From positions 43,648,001 through 43,712,000 of the forward strand of contig NC_043000.1 of NCBI RefSeq assembly GCF_006345805.1: a stretch of DNA of 64,000 nucleotides, in the 5' to 3' direction. Of this stretch, positions 27,191 to 39,803 are shown one piece after another (within the stretch, counting starts at the first letter, position 1; each line of letters begins with the position of its first letter). The stretch is from Octopus sinensis. Lineage: Eukaryota. The translations under genes were made by a program, and so were the position numbers. The notes under the pieces are model-generated. The model saw only the letters and a list, made by a program, of their open reading frames with translations, ran no database searches and was not told where the DNA came from.

Positions 27191-30100
27191 AAAGTAATAC
27201 AAACATGGTACGCAAATACAAATGAAATGAAGGACATTAACAAGAGGTGCCTTTCGACTAAGGTCGAATTAAATTAAGCAGGCGTGTGTGGCAGTGAAGC
27301 CTTACGGCAGGGACATAGTATGACAGACATAGGGAGGAATATATATGTTGCAATGATGGTAGCCGAACCAAGAAAGAAAGGTGTGGCATGGCCGAACACC
27401 GGTTACGTGGTAAGAAAAGGGAGAGAAGTAGAGGCTGAGGGAATTAGAGAGGGATGAGAAAAGGGACAAAAAAGTGAAACAGGAGTGAAGGTGAGAATGA
27501 AGAGAAAGCCAGGAAATGAGAGAGAGGTGGAGCAAAAGAAAGAAGAATGGAAAGAACGAAGTTAGTGTGAAGGGGCTGTTAGGGAGAAGGAAAGAATGAC
27601 AGAATAATTGAGTCGTACAAAATTCAGATATATATGTATACATGTACTTACATATAAGAGACCAAAGTGTACGTACACTGCTATACTTATATTAAAAGGA
27701 ATACCAAAAATGGGACAAGAACGCAAAACATCTAGACAGTTAGATGATACAAAAAGGGACAGCAGAACATCCAGACAGACGATGCAAATAAACAAACACG
27801 TGTATTCAAAGTTTTCTTTCTTCAGTCGAGTTCCAAATTATCTTTGCAATTTCGGCTGGTTATACTCGAGATTGCTCCAATCTGGCCCCGTGAACACAAC
27901 GGCTCTACAGCGCAAATACATTGCTCGTACATATAAGCAAAATACAAAATCAAAAATTTGGATTCGTTTATTTCGGTCACGTGTTAATAACCAAGTAATT
28001 CAGCAGTAAATAATTCAACCTAATGCATATATATATACGAACTGTTGGTGGACAAAAGTGGTTTACCCTCAATCTTGAAATCAATTGATATGAAATTGAA
28101 ACTTTTCGGTAACCTGTTTCGTCTATTTGCCCGAGGACGGCTCCTGTTTATAGTTTATGGTGATATCTTAAGTTTGTGTAGAGAGATTTGGCGCCTTTGT
28201 CTAGTATGTTGACAGCCTGTATGCTTACTCGTTTACCCTGACTATACATTTATACTTCTATTAATTTAACCTTAACCAGTTGATTGCATGCTAACTACCA
28301 GATAGAATCAATTAAAGAGTTTATCCTAAATTTTAAAATATATTTAAAATATAAAGTTTCACCGTAACCAGAACTATTCACTGCTTAATTTCTTGGTTAT
28401 TAACACGTGGTCGAAATAAACGCACCAGAATTTCTATTTTGTATAAAATTACCTACAGTGTATTTGTGCTGTAGAACCGTTGTATTCACAGGTATGTATA
28501 TTTGTTCGTATTTATATGCATTGGGTTGTATTACACGTATAATAGAAAAGAGGTCGAAATCAAATGCCTGCTTTTCTCTGCCGGAGAAGGAATTTATTCG
28601 ACCTCTGCTGATAGCATATTTATTCGATACTCACTTCTTATTAAATACAGAGTGTGTCTTGTGTGATTTCTCTCTTATTTTCTTTTTCAGTTTACTTCTT
28701 ACCAAAATCGCGATGTCAATGTAAAAGTGAATCGAACCCCACACACAAATTTTCACATTGTATTGTTTTTGTCTTTCTTCATATTTTATCTGTGATATAC
28801 AGACTTTTAGGAAAAATACTGAGCAGCAAAAATAACAATATTAAATAGGATATAAATTGAAAAATAAAAGAGAATGTACTAATCATGAGGATATATACTT
28901 GCATACATATTGCTATCAGTAGATATTTTAAAGAAATAAGATAATTCAAAGGTTTTGAGAAAGATTTTAACATAAAATTTTTAATGTCATTTCCTTTCAC
29001 AAATATATTAAATATGGTTGAGCACAACGTGATTTTATACACGTCTTTGTTTGACAGCTATGAATGAGAAAAATGTTTTCAATTTTATTTTATCTTTCAG
29101 ATGCTTTTTGATTCCTTGTAAGTTTTGATATGTAATTTGATTATAGTACGAACGAAATTTCATGTAAACATTAGCAATTGCAAAGTTTATGATACTATCT
29201 ATTTTCTCCAAACCATGTGATCAAAGAAATTTATTTTTCGTATGTGTACTTTTTTTTGATTCGTCACTGTAATATCATACAACTAATGCGAATTATTGAT
29301 TGACACTTAAACACACTTCATAGACAAGACTAGCGTAACATGCTTCTTGACATTTATTGTTTTAAACGTATTCTGCTGTGATACGCTTTTTTTTAGGCAA
29401 TATGTTGGGATAGTGAATGAGGTAGTTTACGGAAGATATTCTTTTTATTTCGTTAAATCATATGAGATGATAGGAAGTGAAATATCAGACTTGGTTTTTC
29501 TAACAATTTTGAATAAATCACAATAAAATGGCCGAAAATGTAACATTATGAGATAAATATCCATTGAACTCCATAGAAACAATAGAAAATTGCTTATATA
29601 TACTTTTCTTAAGTTATAAAGTTAACGCTTACTTTTGACTTTTCCCTAGTATTTACATCGACGATGTTATATGAGTTATTCAATATTTAACATGCAGCCG
29701 TGTAACTTAAACTATTATAAAATACAATATTTATATATACATATGCACGCACATATGTCGGTATATACACAATGTGTGTGCCTGTATGAATTATGAGAAG
29801 AAAAGAGTGATAACATATTCTAAAAAGTGTCTATCACTCCTTTCTTAACATTATGAGATGCTCTACGTGTGTTGTGTTGTGTAATTTAAGGATAATTATG
29901 TATGGCCAAATGTAAATTCAGGAGAAATGAAACACTATATGGACTGTTGCAGAAAATTGTAGAAATTTGCATTGGTTTAGTGTTTACAAGAGTACAGGAA
30001 AACTAAAGATACATGCATGGAAAATGAAGGTTTCATAAATTCGAATAATATTTCGAAGAGGTGGAGCCTAAGAAGATCCCGTAATGCTTCCCGATCGTCA

Positions 30101-30265
30101 TAGTATTGCCGATAAAAGTTAGGTGAATTTCATTTTTGCATATAATTAGTTCATATTTCTACACATGCACGATGCCAAAAACATCAATGATGTTTAACAT
30201 CATTGCAAACAATAACCAACCTACAAATATGAGTATGCATGTGTGTGTCTGTCTGTGCGCGTGAG

Positions 30266-30299
<34 letters not shown>

Positions 30300-30439
30300 A
30301 TATGTATATATATATGTATACATATATATATGTTATAAATATATATATATATTTCAAACTTCCTCATTATTATTATTATTATTATCATTATTAGCATCAC
30401 TTTAGTTTATGGTTTTTTGACATATCTCCTCAAACCTCC

Positions 30440-30890
30440 AGAAAATTCTTTACTAAGTTTGAAGAAGGTGAATGGTATATTGTGCAGGTGACAATGCAAG
30501 TTTCAGTTTCAATCTCTTTCAAGCTTTCCGGCATCATTGTGGGTGTTGTGCCATGAGGACCAATTACTAGACAGATAACTGTTGTTTTGGTCTTCCAAAC
30601 TCCCCTCAGCTGTGTTGCTAGATCCTGATATCACTTATTTAAAAAAAAGTATTTGGTATCGTCTCTGCTATGATAGGGAACTGGAAAAATCACTTTATTT
30701 TTCCTCAATGTTCATATCTGATCTCCTATGGTCAGGCTTTATGGTTAGGCTTTATTGGGAAAGCCCACATTATCTTGTAATTGTCATTTTCTATCACAGA
30801 CTCGAGTTATTGTCGTACCAATTTACTGTTGTTTTGAAGCCTCACACTCAGCTAATATCCCAGTCAACTCTTTTCCCAACACAGTAATGT
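30440..30890 (-). mobile_element. R4/Dong-like LINE C-terminal (RLE) relic
   Basis: The minus strand gives frameshifted WYx..VIEND.YK.M(W)xF...T..PD..., then WKTKTTVIxxVIGxxGT-like text. A (TAA)-type run at 30365-30392 lies at its 3' side. Confidence 0.65.
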
Positions 30891-30938
30891 CTGAGTTTAT
30901 AATCGTGCATCAACTCAAAAGCTGATTGATACTATATT

Positions 30939-30981
<43 letters not shown>

Positions 30982-30983
<2 letters not shown>

Positions 30984-31578
30984 ACAAATTGAGGAACGGC
31001 CATAATAGGCCGTTCGACCCACTAGAAGAAGCAGCCAGGGCTTCAACCGCAAATAGTAGTAATTCCGGAAACAGAGGAAAAATGAAAAAACATTTACCCT
31101 GTTCATCTTTAGACAATGCATTGTTTCAGCGTTTTTAATGGTAAACCAGCCTGATTAAATTAAATCAAGTCAATCTACCAAAGACCAACGCAATTCATCA
31201 GTAAAGGAGGGATTAATTCCGAAATGGAATCGGCAGCTTATATTTGCTGCCGATAAAATGGCGCGAGTACGATGATTTTGAAAATTTTAGGTCAGATATT
31301 GCCGAGGCATTAAGGTAGCTGCCTCGTGTAATTTCTCTCCCTCCTGGCTCCTTTACTGATGAATTGCGTTGGCCTTTGGAAGATTGACTTGATTTAATTT
31401 AATCAGGCTGGTTTACCATTAAAAAACGCTGAAACAATGCATTGTCTAAAGATGAACAGGGTAAATGTTTTTTTTAATTTTTCCTCTGTTTCCGGAATTA
31501 CTACTATTTGCGGTTGAAGCCCTGGCTGCTTCTTCTAGTGTTTCGAATGGCCTACTATGGCCGTTCCTCAATTTGTTG
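30982..31578. mobile_element. ~600-bp fold-back element (long-TIR MITE)
   Basis: Arms 30982-31209 and 31348-31578 are ~230-bp inverted copies with only a handful of mismatches or indels. The ~140-bp spacer has its own hairpins. Confidence 0.85.
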
Positions 31579-31699
31579 CTGAATTTATTAATAGTCTCTG
31601 ACTATTTTCATTTTCTCACTAGACCGCTGGTGGCAAAATAATTTCTATTGAATTTTTTGCTACCGTAATATTGATTTATATATATATATATATGTATGT

Positions 31700-31940
31700 A
31701 TGCATGTTTGTACGTATGTATCTATGTGTGTGTTTGCGTCAGTTGTACCCCCACCACCATTGCTTGACAACCGAGGTCGGTGCGTTTGCGTCCCTGTTAT
31801 TTAGCTGTTCAGCAGAAGAGACTGATAGAATAAGCACCAGGCTTACAGGAATACTTCCACGGGTGAATTTCTTCGACGAAAGGGTGATGCTTCAGCATAG
31901 CCACCATCAAATAAAGGAACAAGCAAAAGAATAAAAGAAT
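31700..31940 (+). mobile_element. SINE 3' half
   Basis: CCCCACCACCATTGCTTGACAACCGA...GAGACTGATAGAATAAGCACCAGGCTT matches the 3' half of 50496-50845. Confidence 0.75.
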
Positions 31941-32129
31941 ACCAGAAAAACGTTCCGTACCACTAAACAAAGAAGGTTCTTTGAAAATGTACGATGTATT
32001 TAAAGGTTAAATAGTAATTCCGTTTAAGTTTGTGTAACCGAGCTATTTTGGTTGGATTATATAATCATTGGTGGTACATTACTTTCTATATTCCGTAAGT
32101 GTCACAACATACATTTCTATGCCTGAAAT

Positions 32130-32225
32130 TATTGTGGGAAGGGGACCAGTTGATTAGATCGACCCCAGGGCGAAAGGCAAATTCGACCTCGGCAAAATTT
32201 GAACTCTGAACGTAAAGACAGACCG
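32130..32225 (-). mobile_element. internally deleted SINE
   Basis: ATCGACCCCAG...AAAGGCAAATTCGACCTCGGCAAAATTTGAACTCTGAACGTAAAGAC. Confidence 0.75.
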
Positions 32226-32339
32226 TCATAATATACAAACGTTTCTCATGGCAACATATGCTTACATCTTTTATGGTTTCCGTGAATTTTTCACGGGTCT
32301 AGCTAGTTATCCTCCTCTTCCTCATCATCATCATCAATC

Positions 32340-32346
32340 TTATTAA

Positions 32347-32440
<94 letters not shown>

Positions 32441-32456
32441 CGTCGTCGTCGTCGTC

Positions 32457-32489
<33 letters not shown>

Positions 32490-32505
32490 ATAGTAGTAGT
32501 AGTAT
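32340..32505. repeat. compound trinucleotide microsatellite (TAT)n(TAG)n(GTC)n(TAG)n
   Basis: Direct run; it produces the poly-T/N ORF 32303..32584. Confidence 0.95.
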
Positions 32506-32509
32506 CGTT

Positions 32510-34070
32510 ATTTATCCGAAATCTTATTTTGGATACGCACGATTTCAATACACTACCTGTACATCTCGTTTTAATATTTGCCATGTAAGTGCTTTCCTTG
32601 CCATCGGTTTATCATGGAATTTTGTAGCTAGAGTCCTAATTTAGATTTCGCTGCTATAAGTCTTTTGTTGTTTCTTTCTTTTGTTCACAGCCGTCAGGTG
32701 TTTTGACTTCTGCTTTCTAATTTTCAGCTTCCTTGAAGACAGAAAACAGTGTTCTCTTGAGTTCATGCTCTCTAGCTATTTGTATTAGCTTTCTGTATTC
32801 GTGAATTAAATATTTTTGTAGTGCTATTGTATATGATTTATGGTACTTTTCTCGTTGTATAAGGTCTTTACAGCCTTCAAACCATAGTGTATATAAACTT
32901 TCTCTCTCAGAATCTGTTTTGGGTATTCTAAATGCAGTCATTATTTTTCTTGTATTAGTCTCTAGCATTTGTAGCTCAATTATCAATATTATAACTGTGA
33001 AGGCGGCGAGGTGGTAGTTTCTTTAGCACGCAGGGCAAATGCTTTGCGGCTTTTCGTCCGCATTTACGTTTAGGGATCAAATTCCGCAGAGGGCGTTATT
33101 GCATTTCAATCCTTCGAGATAGATAAAATAATTACCAGATGGGAGCTGGGGTCGATGCAATCGACTTACCCCACCCGCACATAGCTTCCATTGTGCCAAA
33201 CTTTGAAAAGAGTATTATAACTGTAACCTATAACAGGGATAGCTGGAGAGTATTTATGCTTATTACATACACTGTCTTTATTTAACATTCTGCTGTTTGA
33301 AGTGTCAATTGATTTCACCTTTACTATCCCTTCCTTATGTTTTCTGTCATGATACCTTGGTTTGCCCTACATTGTACATTGACTTCTTAGTATTTTGACT
33401 TCTGAATTGGTCTAGTTGTCTCATTTTAGTTTATGTTTCTAATACGATATTTTTGTTTTTAATTAGTTTCCTTCACGCCAAGATTTCTTTAGTGCTATTC
33501 CCCAGGCAATTTGCATATTGATTTCTGGAGCAAATCTGTCTACTCCCTGTGTAGTGTTCCCAGTTGTTTATTGTGTGCAACAATCAACTTGTGATAATCC
33601 ATGTACAAGAGATTGTTGATAGTTATATCTCTGTCAAGTTCTGTATTGCATATTGGTTAAGAGCGTTAGTGCCTGTCAGACTCCCTTTGGAATATTACTC
33701 TTCTAATGGTCATGGATGTAACTTTTTCTAATCCATCCTTTGATGGAAACAGCAAACCACTTTGATGTTTACATATGGCACATTCTGTATTGTCTATTAT
33801 TGCTGGTGTTACATTATCACGGCTAGCGTTTCCAAGATTCAACTATTAAAAATAGTCAAAAGCCCTCTAGTAGACAGTCCACGTTATGATCTGACACTTC
33901 TTTTCCCTTCGGCAATCTTCATCGATGACTTGCCATAGATTAGAAGCAATTATCATTATATCTTTATAACGTTCTTTAAACTTACAATATCTATTGAAAC
34001 GTCTTGTCGTCTTTATTCTGCCCCATAAGTTTTTATTTACATATTTAGCGAATATACTGATGAAATCCAA
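32510..34070 (-). mobile_element. R4/Dong-like LINE RT relic
   Basis: ORF 32717..32986 (TRKIMT..PKTD.E.LY...EG.K.LIQ) and 33867..34070 (end of the ...DCRREKK...ITWTVY block preceding KxFD) are RT-flanking segments homologous to 63475-64000. Confidence 0.7.
32999..33212 (+). mobile_element. SINE inserted in the LINE relic, with perfect 12-bp TSD
   Basis: TATTATAACTGT at 32987-32998 and 33213-33224. The body CAAATTCCGC...GGGGTCGATGCAATCGACTTACCCC is as in 43360-43572. Confidence 0.9.
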
Positions 34071-34618
34071 GCACTCACAAACAATCGGTCTGGTATAGAT
34101 TGATATATTAGGAGCTGCATTTTGAAGAAAATGACAAACCTATTATAAATAAAACATTAATTTTGCCCTTGGTGTTGTAGATATAAGATGTATTATTGTT
34201 CCCATTAGAAACTGTCACTACACATTCTCATTAAATATATTTATCGACTCCGCAGCCTCTTGTCTGTGTTGAATCAATGAAATGTCTGTAAATCGAGACA
34301 ATTATCTACATTTGTTCATTTTGCCGTCACAGACTTATCATATCAATCTCTGGCTGATCATTCTGACATATAAGTGGACTGATGCCTTAAATTCAACTAT
34401 CCTACGTTGTGCACTACATAACATTTTATTTCAAATTAGAAGCAGATATTTTATTATCTGCCTTTGAATTACTATTGGTAGAAGATAATGACGCTTCAAA
34501 TTAATTAAACAGTTGAACATGTTAATGTATAGCTCAACAGAGAGTGTTCACTTGGGAAGAAACAATCATTAGTTACACTAAATTCCTAGCAACAAAAGTG
34601 ATTCTCGTAATTGTGAAG

Positions 34619-35067
34619 GTCAAATTACGCCAACACGTAACGAAGTTGGAAAAGCCATACAGGGTTATTTAAAAACAAGAGCTTTAAAATATTACTGCCA
34701 CCACCACCAACACCAGCACCAGCCTCTGCACAACCACAACCACCACCAACACCACCACGTCAAATTACGCCAACACGTAACGAAGTTGGAAAAGCCATAC
34801 AGGGTTATTTAAAAACAAGAGCTTTAAAATATTACCACCACCAACACCAGCACCAGCCTCTGCACAACCACAACCACCACCAACACCACAACGTCAAATT
34901 ACGCCAACACGTAACGAAGTTGGAAAAGCCATACAGGGTTATTTAAAAACAAGAGCTTTAAAATATTACTGCCACCACCACCAACACCAGCACCAGCCTC
35001 TGCACAACCACAACCACCACCAACACCACCACCACCACCACCACCACCACCACCACCACCACCACCA
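34619..35067. repeat. 3 x ~135-140-bp minisatellite ending in (CCA)n
   Basis: GTCAAATTACGCCAACACGTAACGAAG... units start at 34619, 34759 and 34893; the length differences lie in the CCA-rich tail. Confidence 0.95.
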
Positions 35068-35590
35068 TATTTGGCATATTTTCCTTTAAGCTTTCAATAA
35101 AGGCAGAAACACAACGGAAAGTGTGAGGAATACTAATGCAGCATATAGGGATTGGACAATGAGCGTAAGCTAGTGTCAACGGAAGTTGCAGAAATTCCGA
35201 ATTAGAAACTACAGCCTAGAAGATGAGGCTCGTCCTGGAAGATCTGTAGTGCTTACTGAAGACGTCTTACAAACCCTGGTGGAACAAACGCCTATCATAA
35301 CTGTTGAGGAACTAGCAGAGATGCTTGGATTTTGTCATTCAACTGTTCATCGACATCTACTTTTGCGTCAATGGGTTCCTCAGAAATTCTCCAAGTCTAA
35401 TCGCGCGCAGTGAGTGAATGTGTGCTCTTCTTTACTGTCACGGCTCACGAACGAACCTTTTTTTGACCGAATAGTGACTGGTGACGCGAAATGGGTTCCC
35501 TATAAAAATGACAAGCGCCGAAGAGAGTGGATAGAGAAAGGAGAAACACCAACATCCCAAGTTAGAGAAGGTCTTCACCCACGTTGGGTG
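35065..35590 (+). mobile_element. mariner transposase N-terminal half (pseudogene)
   Basis: QKFR...YSLEDEARPGR...TVHRHL..QWVPQ, then FFDRIVTGDAKWVPY...GLHP (mariner WVPHEL and IVTGDEKW motifs). It contains stops and deletions. Confidence 0.9.
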
Positions 35591-35624
35591 ATGAGAGTTG
35601 AAATATATCTTAGAAATCCGCCGG

Positions 35625-36088
35625 CCCGATAGCTTCTTTTCATGGCATAATTACCAGTCAAGACTATTTAAGAATTTTATCTGATCAAATTCATCCTATG
35701 TTTGCGGAACTGTTTCCGGGGGTGAAATGCAACCTTTCAGGATGATAATGCACCAATTCACAGAGCTAAAGTTGTTACTGAATGGCTCGAAGAACATTCT
35801 AGTAAGGTTGAACATCTTATCTGGCCACCACAATCACCAGATCGCAATATTATTGGACATTTATGCTGCATTTTAGAAAAACAAGTAAGGAGTCGATATC
35901 CCCCACCATCATCACTACAAGAACTGTAGACTATTTTAGCTGAAGAATGGATAAATATTCCTCTGGAAACAATTCAAATTTCGTACGAGTCCTTACCTTA
36001 TAGCATTCAAGGTGTAATTACCACCTTATATTAAAATAAATTTGTTTGAAATTTTAAGTTGTTTCTATTATGTTGTCCAACTCCTGTA
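35625..36088 (+). mobile_element. Tc1-family transposase C-terminal half plus right TIR
   Basis: FQDDNAPIHRAKVVTEWLEEH...IWPPQSPDRNIIGHL (DD34E region, E mutated). It ends ...TGTTGTCCAACTCCTG|TA, the Tc1-type TIR and TA. Confidence 0.9.
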
Positions 36089-36199
36089 CATCATAGAGTG
36101 GGTTTTTAAAGAAACTTGTTTAGGCAAACCTCTGGTTAGTTTAGATCATTTGAATCATTTTGGACGGTCGACTGTAAGTACTTCGTGGCTGCCTTAAAG

Positions 36200-37345
36200 G
36201 CGTACGGAAGGTAGCATAAGAGATATAGAAATATTCTCAGGGAATCAAGAACCACCTTGGTCTTGACAATGTTCTGAGTGTTTTCACATAACGACTAAAT
36301 AATGTTTACATGACTTGGAAAGAGTTACAGAAAGCCTTTCGCATGGTCCCACATTCGAGGGTACTGATATATATCAGAATGACGCAAATAACAGATTCTT
36401 TTATAAAAATATTAAATTCATGTATGCAGGAAATAAGCCCCTAAACTGTTCGAAGGAGATTCATTCTAATTATTGCTCGTTGCAGAAACCATGATCCCAT
36501 TAACAATATTACGGGAGATAGATATTGAATGTCTGATTGAAATTAGAGGTCAATGATCAGTCATGTATATTTCATGGATGATCTGAAGTTCTTTGGCAAG
36601 AATGAATCATGGGCTGATTCAGTAGTCAGAACTGTTCACTGGTGTTTTGAAGACATTGGGATGGAGTTAGGTATCACAAAGCGTAGCATCCTGAATATGA
36701 AGTGAGATAGGTGTGTATGCAGTAGTGAGACTGAATTACGTAACGGGAAGTCAGTAATGAGGATATTAAGTAGAATTTCTGCTCAGTGTGGAGCTGGACA
36801 AACTTTTTAGTGAGAATATGAGAGCAACTGTGAAGGGTGTCTATCTAAACGGAATACAGCTGTTACTGAAAATGAAATTGTATGTCAAGAATTTGAATGT
36901 ACGTATCAAAGCCTCTATAGTACTGGTTATTACATACACGACGGCTATTTTGAAGTGGACCAACAGCGATGGCGACACATTGGCTAAATCAATGTGAAAG
37001 AAAATGGTTGACAATAGTGCACTGCTCTCAAAGGCACATCTTGTTGGGCTATATGCACAGTAGGACCTACGAGGACGAAGAAGCATAACTGTAACAGATT
37101 ATGATGCTAATGAATGGTGTATTTGGACAATGATAGAGGAATTCAAAGCGTGTTGCCAAAACCAAAAGTTTATGTATTGGAACTATTGAAAGTAAGGACA
37201 ATTGATAACAAAGGCTGCTTAAGTCAGTCATGAAAAGAATTCAGAAACACCTTGCCACAAATGTAATCTTACCCAGTATTAGGTCATTGCAAGAAACCGG
37301 ATTTCGGGAACAGCAAATATTACAAAAATACTGTCTATCTGACGA
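36200..37345 (+). mobile_element. R4/Dong-like LINE relic with internal deletion
   Basis: KAFRMVPH, FMDDLKFFGKNE, GRNKI-type INTYTTAILKWT segments and a terminal LQETG...ILQKYCLS, followed by (CTA)n(TAA)n. Confidence 0.75.
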
Positions 37346-37384
37346 TAGACAACTTAATACGGAGTCAGCTAATAATGGATACAA

Positions 37385-37386
37385 AA

Positions 37387-37435
<49 letters not shown>

Positions 37436-37520
37436 TACTACTACTACTACAACTACTACTACTACTACTACTACTACAACTACTACTACTACTACTACTA
37501 CTACAACTACTACTACTACA

Positions 37521-37609
<89 letters not shown>

Positions 37610-37652
37610 CAATAATAATAATAATAGTAATAATAATAATGATAATAATAAT
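37385..37652. repeat. (CTA)n(TAA)n microsatellite
   Basis: Direct run; it produces the poly-Y/T/N ORF 37230..37724. Confidence 0.95.
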
Positions 37653-37654
37653 CC

Positions 37655-37810
37655 TTTCTACTGGAGGCACTTAATTTATCGACACAGAAGGATGAAAAAC
37701 AAAGCCTACCTTGGCGGAATTTGAACTTTGAACTTAGAACGTAGCGACGGGCGAAGTACCACTAAGCATTTCGTCCAATGCGTTAGAAATTCTGCTCGCT
37801 CACTGCCTTA
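37655..37810 (-). mobile_element. SINE (internally deleted)
   Basis: CTTAATTTATCGAC...CTTGGCGGAATTTGAAC...AAGCATTTCGTCC. Confidence 0.75.
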
Positions 37811-37813
37811 AAT

Positions 37814-37884
<71 letters not shown>

Positions 37885-37959
37885 TAATAATAATAATAAT
37901 AATAATATAATGATAATAATAATAATAATAATAATAATGATAATAATAATAATAATAAC

Positions 37960-38006
<47 letters not shown>

Positions 38007-38050
38007 TAATAATAATAATAATAATAATAATGATAATAATAATAATAATA

Positions 38051-38245
38051 ACAAGAACAACAACATCGAAAAATACCTTAGGAATAAGAACACAGGTTCG
38101 AAATTTCCCCAAGACAACTAATGAAGGCTGGCGGGCATCTCAGCTGAATCGTTGTATTAAAAACAAACAAGGTGAGGACATATATCCGTTAAATGTAGAT
38201 AATGTAAATAATGTACATAATTCCTCATCTCTTAAACACAGAACT
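38051..38245 (+). mobile_element. Penelope-like pLTR/3' repeat with degenerate hammerhead (family C), copy 1
   Basis: AAAAATACCTTAGGAAT...ACAA-CTAATGA-A-GGCTG(10 nt)CAGCT-GAAT-CGTT-GTAT at 38114-38157; preceded by (TAA)n. Confidence 0.75.
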
Positions 38246-38790
38246 ATATCGGTGCAGCGACTTCGGTAGCATTTCGCCGACGTCTTTTCGAGAACTGGCA
38301 TTATTGACACAGCAGGCTTTGAGGCTTACCGCGGGGGTACGCCGCTCCTATCGGACAAATATATACAGTGCTGCAAGAAGCTGATATAAGTGGAGGAACT
38401 GGAAGATGTACTGGGCGGCGTATGCAGTAGGATGGTCTACCCTATGAACTATATGCTTTCATGTTGTACTTGTTTGCACCGGTTTTAACAGCTGTCCACT
38501 GCTCCTTGCAAGAGACGACATTCCAAGTCGTGTCAGCCGGGGAGTGGTGACGATGCTGAGAAAGATTCCGAACATAGAGGATATGATTGAAAACTTCAGG
38601 CCCATAACTCTGCTCAATATTGATGTAAAGATTGTATCTAAGGTGCTGGCGCTTGTTGTCGGTAGTATACTTAGGGATGCACGAAGCTGTGTGATACTCG
38701 GTAAACCTATCTACGACAATCTCCACATCATGCGATACATCGTAGAACGGGTCAGGAATAGATTGGGCTTTGGAGGGGCACTGGTCATGC
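38246..38790 (+). mobile_element. L1/Tx1-clade ORF2 RT fragment, copy 1
   Basis: DGLPYELY, then RGVVTMLRK...ENFRPITLLNIDVKIVSKVLA...GKPIYDNLHIMRYI (L1/Tx1 RT domains 0-2). It is frameshifted. Confidence 0.85.
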
Positions 38791-38984
38791 GCAAATGGGC
38801 AGAAAGGAAGCTGTCTCTAAAAGGCTGGCGGAAGTAGCAGATAATAATGATTATAATAATAATAATAATAATAACAACAACAACAATAATAATAATAATA
38901 ATAACAACAAAAACAATAATAATATTAATAATAATAATAATAATAATAATAATTATAATAATAATAATAATAATAATGATGATA

Positions 38985-39205
38985 ATCATTTCCACTATAG
39001 GCACAAGACATGAAATTGTTGGGGAGGAGACTAGTCGATTATATCAGCAGCAACGTATTACTGTTACTTAATTTAACGACCCCGAAATGATGGAAGGCAA
39101 TGTGGACCTCGGCAGAATTTGAACTCAGAACGTCTTTAAAACGAACGAAATTCCCCTAAGCATTCTGCCCGTCGTGCTAACTATTCTGTCAGTTCGCCAC
39201 CTTTG
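38985..39205 (-). mobile_element. SINE, copy 1 of duplicated unit
   Basis: CTAGTCGATTATATC...GACCCCGAAATGATGGAAGGC...GACCTCGGCAGAATTTGAACTCAGAACG. Confidence 0.85.
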
Positions 39206-39228
39206 TAATAATAATAATAATAATAATG

Positions 39229-39263
<35 letters not shown>

Positions 39264-39266
39264 CAC

Positions 39267-39414
<148 letters not shown>

Positions 39415-39415
39415 C

Positions 39416-39477
<62 letters not shown>

Positions 39478-39478
39478 C

Positions 39479-39591
<113 letters not shown>

Positions 39592-39608
39592 TAATAATAA
39601 TAATAATA

Positions 39609-39803
39609 ACAAGAACAACAACATCGAAAAATACCTTAGGAATAAGAACACAGGTTCGAAATTTCCCCAAGACAACTAATGAAGGCTGGCGGGCATCTCA
39701 GCTGAATCGTTGTATTAAAAACAAACAAGGTGAGGACATATATCCGTTAAATGTAGATAATGTAAATAACGTACATAATTCCTCATCTCTTAAACACAGA
39801 ACT
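39609..39803 (+). mobile_element. Penelope-like pLTR with degenerate hammerhead, copy 2
   Basis: Near-identical to 38051-38245 (1 SNP seen). Confidence 0.75.

Noticed and set aside
27840-27890. Minus-strand CCAGCC-GAAA motif resembling hammerhead stem II
   Set aside because: No CUGANGA or stem I is present in this copy.
28040-28070. Tc1-like TIR fragment (CTGTTGGTGGACAAAAGT)
   Set aside because: No partner TIR or transposase remnant was found nearby.
24559-35067. CRISPR-like interpretation of the 18-bp and ~137-bp repeats
   Set aside because: The units are head-to-tail with no unique spacers, in a eukaryotic context with no cas genes.
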